DNA from: Miltoncostaeales bacterium
Lineage (GTDB): Bacteria; Actinomycetota; Thermoleophilia; Miltoncostaeales; Miltoncostaeaceae
NCBI GenBank assembly: GCA_030833665.1
Contig: JAURGT010000003.1
Span: 6,533-70,532 of the forward strand
Direction of reading: 5' to 3'
Length of the DNA stretch: 64,000 bases
Under the pieces are notes generated by a model. It saw only the letters and a program-made list of their open reading frames with translations, was not told where the DNA came from and did no database searches. A program made the translations under genes and the position numbers. Positions 59,246 to 64,000 of this stretch are shown one piece after another (the first letter of the stretch is position 1; each line of letters opens with the position of its first letter).

Positions 59246-60799
59246 GTGACACGGACCGCCTCCGCTGCGGCCTCGCGCCCCCAGCGCTCTCCCCTCTTCA
59301 TCGCGGTGGCCCTGGCCGTGGCGACGGGAGCCATCGCCCTCGCGACATTCGACTACGCCGTGGTGGCCATGCAGGCCGACCTGCGGTTCTCGGCCGAGGA
59401 CGGCAACGCCGCGATGCTCGTGCCCGCCACGGCCTCGCTGGTCGTGGTGTTCGTCGCTGGCGTCGTCGGCGACCGGCTGGGGCGGCGGCGCGTGATGCTC
59501 GCCAGCGGCGCGGTGTTCGCGCTCGGCGCCGCCATCGTCGCTGTGGCGCCCTCGCTGCCCGTGGTTATGGCGGGCCAGGTGCTGGAGGGCGCCGGCGGCG
59601 CGGCGATGGCGATCACCGCCCTGGCGGTGCTGTCGACGGCCTTCCCGGGCGGCCGTGCGCGCGCGGTGGCCTTCGGCGCCTTCGCCGCCATCATGCCGGC
59701 CGTGTTCATCGCCGGGCCGGTGGTTGGCGCGGCGCTCGAGGAGGCCACCAGCTGGCGGGCGATTCCCCTGCTGTCGTTGTCCATCGGCGTGCTCGCGATC
59801 CTCGCGGCGGCCCTCCTGCTGCCCGCGGATCGCCCCCGGGGATCGGGCGAGGTGATCACGCCGATCCTGGCCGGGGTGGCCCTCTGCGGGATCGCGGGCA
59901 CTGCCGGTGCGGTGATCGTGGCACCGGGTCGCACCGCGGTGGTGCTGGCCGTCATCGGACTTGGCGCCATCATCGGCCTCGTGGTGGCCATGCGCCGGGT
60001 GTCGACCCCCTCACTCGACCTCGGCCTGCTGCGCGCGCCGGGCGGATCGACCGCGCTCCTCGCGCTGGCACTCGCCAACGCCGTGAACCTCCTCTTCTTC
60101 ACCACCCTGCTCCTGCAGTACCTGCTGCGGCTCGACCCCTTCGAGGCCGCGCTCGCGATGATCCCGGTGCAGGTGGCCGCGACCGCGGGCGGGTTCGCCG
60201 GCGGGTGGGTGATCGCCCGGATCGGCGTGGTGGGTGCCGCCGTGGCGACCCTGTCCGCCACCGCCGCTGCTGCGCTGGCGGTGGTGATGGCGGGTCCCGA
60301 CTCGCCTCTGTGGGTGATCCTCCTCCTCGCAGCCATCTATGCCTTCACGGGCCTGGCGAGCGCGGCGCCCCTCAGCCAGCGCGTGATGGACCTCGCGCCC
60401 GAAGACCGCGAGGGCGTTGCCTCCGCGTACCGCACCGCGGCTGCGGCCCTCGGCGCGGCCGTCGGGGGCGTCGCAGCCGCGGCGATTGCCTTCTCGACAT
60501 TCCAGGTCGCATTCTCGCGGGGCCTTGAGGAGAGCGGCTTCTCCGCCGCCCGGGCGGATGCGATCGCCACGTCCGTGCGGGAGTCGGCGTCGCTGAGCGG
60601 GCTGCACCGGAAGGCGCTCGGAGTGCCCCTGCGCGAGGTGCCGGAGGTCGAGCGCCGGGAGGCGCCCCGACTGGACTCCGCCGAGATCAGCGCGTATCGC
60701 GCAGTCGCGATCGCGGCCGCCGTGGCGAACGGTCTCGCGGTGCTGGTGATGCTTCCGTCCCTGCGGCTGCGCCGGCGTCGTGCGCCCGACGCCGGGTAG
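59246..60799 (+). CDS. MFS transporter (14-TM drug:H+ antiporter-like)
   Basis: Track ORF (GTG start). GVVGDRLGRRRVML (MFS motif A), many TM segments, 517 aa. Confidence 0.85.
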   Translation: MTRTASAAASRPQRSPLFIAVALAVATGAIALATFDYAVVAMQADLRFSAEDGNAAMLVPATASLVVVFVAGVVGDRLGRRRVMLASGAVFALGAAIVAVAPSLPVVMAGQVLEGAGGAAMAITALAVLSTAFPGGRARAVAFGAFAAIMPAVFIAGPVVGAALEEATSWRAIPLLSLSIGVLAILAAALLLPADRPRGSGEVITPILAGVALCGIAGTAGAVIVAPGRTAVVLAVIGLGAIIGLVVAMRRVSTPSLDLGLLRAPGGSTALLALALANAVNLLFFTTLLLQYLLRLDPFEAALAMIPVQVAATAGGFAGGWVIARIGVVGAAVATLSATAAAALAVVMAGPDSPLWVILLLAAIYAFTGLASAAPLSQRVMDLAPEDREGVASAYRTAAAALGAAVGGVAAAAIAFSTFQVAFSRGLEESGFSAARADAIATSVRESASLSGLHRKALGVPLREVPEVERREAPRLDSAEISAYRAVAIAAAVANGLAVLVMLPSLRLRRRRAPDAG

Positions 60800-60904
60800 C
60801 ACGCCGCGCCGCGCGGGCGCGCGGCGCCCGTTGCGGACCGGTGTTGCGAGGTGTCCGAGCAACGGGCCAACGCCCGCCAGCAGGCGTATCCTCGGCCCTC
60901 GAGC

Positions 60905-63900
60905 GTGACTCCCGCCGACACAACGATCCAGATCCTTCTTCCGGTACTCGGCGAGTCCGTGACCGAGGGCACCGTGATCGAGTGGAAGAAGGCAGTCGGT
61001 GACCCTGTGGAGGAGGGCGAGACCCTCCTCGAGGTGACCACCGACAAGGTGGACGTGGAGATCCCCTCCCCCGCCGGCGGGGTGCTCGCCGCCATCGCCG
61101 CCGACGCCGGCGCGGCGGTCGAGGTGGGCCAACTGCTGGGCGAGATCGCGTCGGGCAACGGCGCCGTGCCTGCCGCTGCCGCGCCCACCGATGGCGCCCG
61201 GGTCACTGCCAACGGCGCGTCGGGCAACGGCACGTCCTCCCCGGCGGAGCCCGCCGCGCTGGTGCCCATCCAGCTTCCCGACATGGAGTCGGTGACCGAG
61301 GGCACCGTCGTGGAGTGGAAGAAGGCCGTGGGCGACCCCGTGGCGCAGGACGAGATCATCGTTGAGGTGTCCACGGACAAGGTGGACCTCGAGGTGCCCT
61401 CCCCCGCCGCGGGCACCCTCGCCGAGATCGCCGTGCCAAACGGCGAGACGTTTGAGGTGGCCAACCCGCTCGGACAGGTCGCAGCAGGCGCCACGCCGAC
61501 GAGTGGCGCCGCACCGGCCGGCCAGGCCGCCCCGGCCGCCGTCGCGAAGGCTCCGTCCGCCGCACCGCCCGTGCGCGACGTGGCGGCATCGCCCATCGCG
61601 CGCCGCGTGGCCTTCGAGCAGGGCGTGGACCTCGCCACGGTGACGGGCACCGGCCCCGGTGGGCTCATCCGCCGTGCCGACGTCGAGAACGCCGGCACGG
61701 GCGGCGCCATGGTCGAGCCCCCGCCGCCGCCGGGCGAGGAACTGGTGAAGCTCACGGGCCCCGCCGCGGCCCTGGCGGACTACATGGACGACAGCCGGTC
61801 GATCCCCACGGCCACGACGTTCCGCACGATCTCCGTGCAGATGCTCGACGCCGAGCGCAAGCGCCTCAACGAGGCACTTGCCGTCGCCGGCGGCGGCAAG
61901 CTTTCGTTCACCCACATCATCGCGTGGGCCATCGTGCGCGCGGTTGAGAAGACGCCCGTGATGAGCACGGCGTTCGCGCGCGTCGACGGCACGCCGCACA
62001 AGGTTCCCCGCGACGCCGTGAACCTCGGCATCGCCGTGGACGTCGAGCGCAAGGACGGCAGCCGATCGCTGCTGGTGCCGGTGATCCGCGACTGCGGCGG
62101 CCTCGGGTTCCAGGGCTTCCGCGCGGCGTTCGACGACCTCATCCAGCGCTCGCGCGTGGGCAAGATCAGCCCCGATGAGCTCAAGGGCGCCGGGATTACC
62201 CTCACCAACCCCGGCGGGTTCGGCACCAATGCATCGGTGCCGCGCCTGATGACCGGCCAGGGCACCATCGTGGCTACCGGCGGCATCACGTGGCCGCCCG
62301 GCATGGAGGGCGTGCCCGACGACCTGCTGAAGGTGTGGGGCGTGTCGAAGGTGATGACGGTCACCTCCACGTACGACCACCGGGTCATCCAAGGTGCCGA
62401 GAGCGGCGCCTTCCTGCGCGACATCGCCGGGCTGCTTGCCGGTGACGAGGGCTTCTACGACGAGATCCGACAGGCGCTCGGCCTGCCGGCCCAGCCGCCG
62501 CTCGACTTCACGCCGCAGGCCGCGGCCCCGGAAGGCGCCGCCCCGGCCGTGGCCGCCAGCGCCGACGAGGACACCCTCAAGGCACTGGCCGGCGCGATGT
62601 CGCTGCTGCGCGCGTTCCGCACCTACGGGCACCTCGCCGCGCACCTCGACCCGCTGGGGTCCGAGCCGCCGGGCGACCCGTCGCTCGAGCCCGCGTGGGT
62701 GGGCCTCACGCCCGAGCACATGAAGCTGGTGCCGGCATCGCTGCTGGGCGTCGCCGTGCCCGGCGCCACATTCGCCGAGGCCTTCCCGGCCCTCAAGGAC
62801 ACCTACTGCGGCACGCTGGCCTACGAGATCGAGCACATCTCCGACCACGACCAGCGCCAGTGGCTGCGAGAGTTCATCGAGTCGGGGCAGGTGCGCACGC
62901 GGCTGCCACGCGACGAGCGACAGGCCCTGCTCGAGCGCCTGGTGTCGGTGGAGGTGTTCGAGCGGTTCCTGCGCCGCACGTACCTGGGCCAGAAGACCTT
63001 CTCGCTCGAGGGATGCGACGCCCTCATCCCGATGATGGACGAGGCCATCCAGCGGCTCGCCGAGGCCGGCGTGCCCGAGGTGCACATCGGCATGGCCCAC
63101 CGAGGACGCCTCGCGAGCATCATGCACACCGTGGGTCGGCCGCCCGAGTCGATCCTGGCCGAGTTCGAAGGCCAGATGGAGCACGAGGACGACGACGAGC
63201 ACGCCGACGGCGAGCCGTACGCGGCGGCCGGTGACGTGAAGTACCACCTGGGTGCAGAGGGCACCTTCAAGGCGCGGTCGGGTCGGTCGGTGCAGGTGCA
63301 CCTGGCCGCCAACCCGAGCCACCTCGAGCAGGTGAACGCCGTTGCCGAGGGCGGCGTGCGCGCCAAGCAGACCATCCGGGCGAACCCGATCGCCGAGCAC
63401 GACCCCAACCGCGCGGTGGCGCTGCTGGTACACGGCGACGCGGCCTTCCCGGGTCAGGGCGTGGTGGCCGAGACACTCAACCTGCAGGGACTGGTGGGGT
63501 ACTCCACGGGCGGCACGATCCACGTGATCGTCAACAACCAGGTGGGCTTCACCACCGACCCCGAGGACAGCCGCTCCACGCGCTACGCCAGCGACATGGC
63601 CAAGGGCTTCGACATGCCCATCGTGCACGTGAACGCCGACGACATGGATGCCTGCATCGCCGCCGTGAACCTGGCCGTGCAGTTCCGCGACCGCTTCGCC
63701 CACGACGTGCTCATCGACCTCATCGGCTACCGCCGCCTGGGCCACAACGAGCTCGACGAGCCGGCGTACACCCAGCCGGTGATGGCGCGCACCATCAAGG
63801 AGCACCCCACGGTGGCGCGCATCTTCGCCGACCGCCTCATCGAGGACCGCGTCATCACCGAGGATGACTACGCCGCCATGGTCGCGGCTGCAGAGGACCG

Positions 63901-64000
63901 CATGTCGTCCGCGCACAAGCGCGTGCAGTCGGGCCTGGAGCAGGGGTCCGATCAAGAGAGCTCCCGCGACAAGCGCCGGCGCGCCAAGACGCAGGTGGTG
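60905..64000 (+). CDS. fused 2-oxoglutarate dehydrogenase: lipoyl domain x2 + E3-binding domain + E2o acyltransferase core + E1o (TPP) component; 3' end runs off the window
   Basis: My own translation of frame 2; the ORF is open to the window end and therefore missing from the track. It reads VTPADTTIQILLPVLGESVTEGTVIEWKKAVGDPVEEGETLLEVTTDKVDVEIPSP... VPIQLPDMESVTEGTVVEWKKAVGDPVAQDEIIVEVSTDKVDLEVPSP... ASPIARRVAFEQGVDLATVTGTGPGGLIRRADV... SFTHIIAWAIVRA...LTNPGGFGT...TSTYDHRVIQGAESGAFL...EGFYDEIRQAL... RAFRTYGHLAAHLDPLG...YCGTLAYEIEHI...GMAHRGRLA...HGDAAFPGQGVV...YRRLGHNELDEP. GTG 60905 is chosen; GTG 60851 is also in frame. The 1314-aa minus-strand track ORF is its shadow. Confidence 0.85.
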   Translation, partial: MTPADTTIQILLPVLGESVTEGTVIEWKKAVGDPVEEGETLLEVTTDKVDVEIPSPAGGVLAAIAADAGAAVEVGQLLGEIASGNGAVPAAAAPTDGARVTANGASGNGTSSPAEPAALVPIQLPDMESVTEGTVVEWKKAVGDPVAQDEIIVEVSTDKVDLEVPSPAAGTLAEIAVPNGETFEVANPLGQVAAGATPTSGAAPAGQAAPAAVAKAPSAAPPVRDVAASPIARRVAFEQGVDLATVTGTGPGGLIRRADVENAGTGGAMVEPPPPPGEELVKLTGPAAALADYMDDSRSIPTATTFRTISVQMLDAERKRLNEALAVAGGGKLSFTHIIAWAIVRAVEKTPVMSTAFARVDGTPHKVPRDAVNLGIAVDVERKDGSRSLLVPVIRDCGGLGFQGFRAAFDDLIQRSRVGKISPDELKGAGITLTNPGGFGTNASVPRLMTGQGTIVATGGITWPPGMEGVPDDLLKVWGVSKVMTVTSTYDHRVIQGAESGAFLRDIAGLLAGDEGFYDEIRQALGLPAQPPLDFTPQAAAPEGAAPAVAASADEDTLKALAGAMSLLRAFRTYGHLAAHLDPLGSEPPGDPSLEPAWVGLTPEHMKLVPASLLGVAVPGATFAEAFPALKDTYCGTLAYEIEHISDHDQRQWLREFIESGQVRTRLPRDERQALLERLVSVEVFERFLRRTYLGQKTFSLEGCDALIPMMDEAIQRLAEAGVPEVHIGMAHRGRLASIMHTVGRPPESILAEFEGQMEHEDDDEHADGEPYAAAGDVKYHLGAEGTFKARSGRSVQVHLAANPSHLEQVNAVAEGGVRAKQTIRANPIAEHDPNRAVALLVHGDAAFPGQGVVAETLNLQGLVGYSTGGTIHVIVNNQVGFTTDPEDSRSTRYASDMAKGFDMPIVHVNADDMDACIAAVNLAVQFRDRFAHDVLIDLIGYRRLGHNELDEPAYTQPVMARTIKEHPTVARIFADRLIEDRVITEDDYAAMVAAAEDRMSSAHKRVQSGLEQGSDQESSRDKRRRAKTQVV

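Noticed and set aside
60011-63955. A 1314-aa minus-strand ORF, the longest in the track.
   Set aside because: It is the antisense shadow of the E2o-E1o gene. Its translation is Arg/Gly/His/Ala-rich with no recognisable motif, whereas the plus-strand frame gives textbook lipoyl, E2 and E1o motifs. Long stop-free antisense frames are expected at this GC content.

Overview
This is a high-GC, actinobacterial-type chromosomal segment. My hand counts of typical 60-nt lines give roughly 70-75% G+C. It is densely coding on both strands: about 58 CDS, 2 tRNAs and 1 decayed pseudogene. I saw no rRNA, CRISPR array, transposase or integrase.

The GC bias fills the six-frame track with long antisense or out-of-frame shadow ORFs (for example 60011..63955-, 7819..10473-, 46169..48337-, 37949..40141-). 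Many listed ORFs also carry spurious 5' extensions. I re-derived starts by hand from conserved N-termini, SD-like motifs and 4-nt ATGA/GTGA overlaps. Two real genes that run off the window edges are missing from the track: a GltB-like gene at 1..1049 (-) and a very large 2-oxoglutarate dehydrogenase fusion at 60905..64000 (+).

Recognisable content, in order:
- argF, a rhomboid protease, a FIST protein and a Zn-ADH.
- A tightly coupled hopanoid operon: polyprenyl synthase, hpnH-hpnG-hpnA-shc-hpnC-hpnD-hpnE.
- VanW, acs, HU, tRNA-Leu(UAA) and ppx.
- A PhzF gene coupled to two ArsA/Get3-like ATPases.
- A roughly 13.5-kb accessory-looking block (26404..39877) with an FdrA-like protein, a GT4, a beta-propeller, ArsR-DUF2892-MMPL, MMPL plus a tandem-duplicated alpha/beta hydrolase, TauE, and DUF1116-TPR.
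- rpoD flanked by unusually structured non-coding DNA.
- MOSC, an acid phosphatase, mgsA, initiator tRNA-Met, typA and a divergent DHPS-like gene.
- A membrane-anchored Mrr-like nuclease with DUF2256.
- nadBAC with a conspicuous AT-rich repeat operator.
- A lower-GC sulfatase / secreted-protein pair and an MFS transporter.

The best hunting leads are:
1. A single polypeptide joining a complete E2o (two lipoyl domains, E3-binding domain, acyltransferase core) to E1o.
2. The MMPL / tandem-hydrolase / ArsR-DUF2892 / split FdrA-DUF1116 block.
3. Nested long inverted repeats and a multi-hairpin leader around rpoD.
4. The direct repeat-palindrome-direct repeat element in front of nadB.
5. The only in-frame TTA codon I could find, which sits in the gene heading the hopanoid cluster.

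Everything here comes from reading the sequence by eye. No search or folding program was run.
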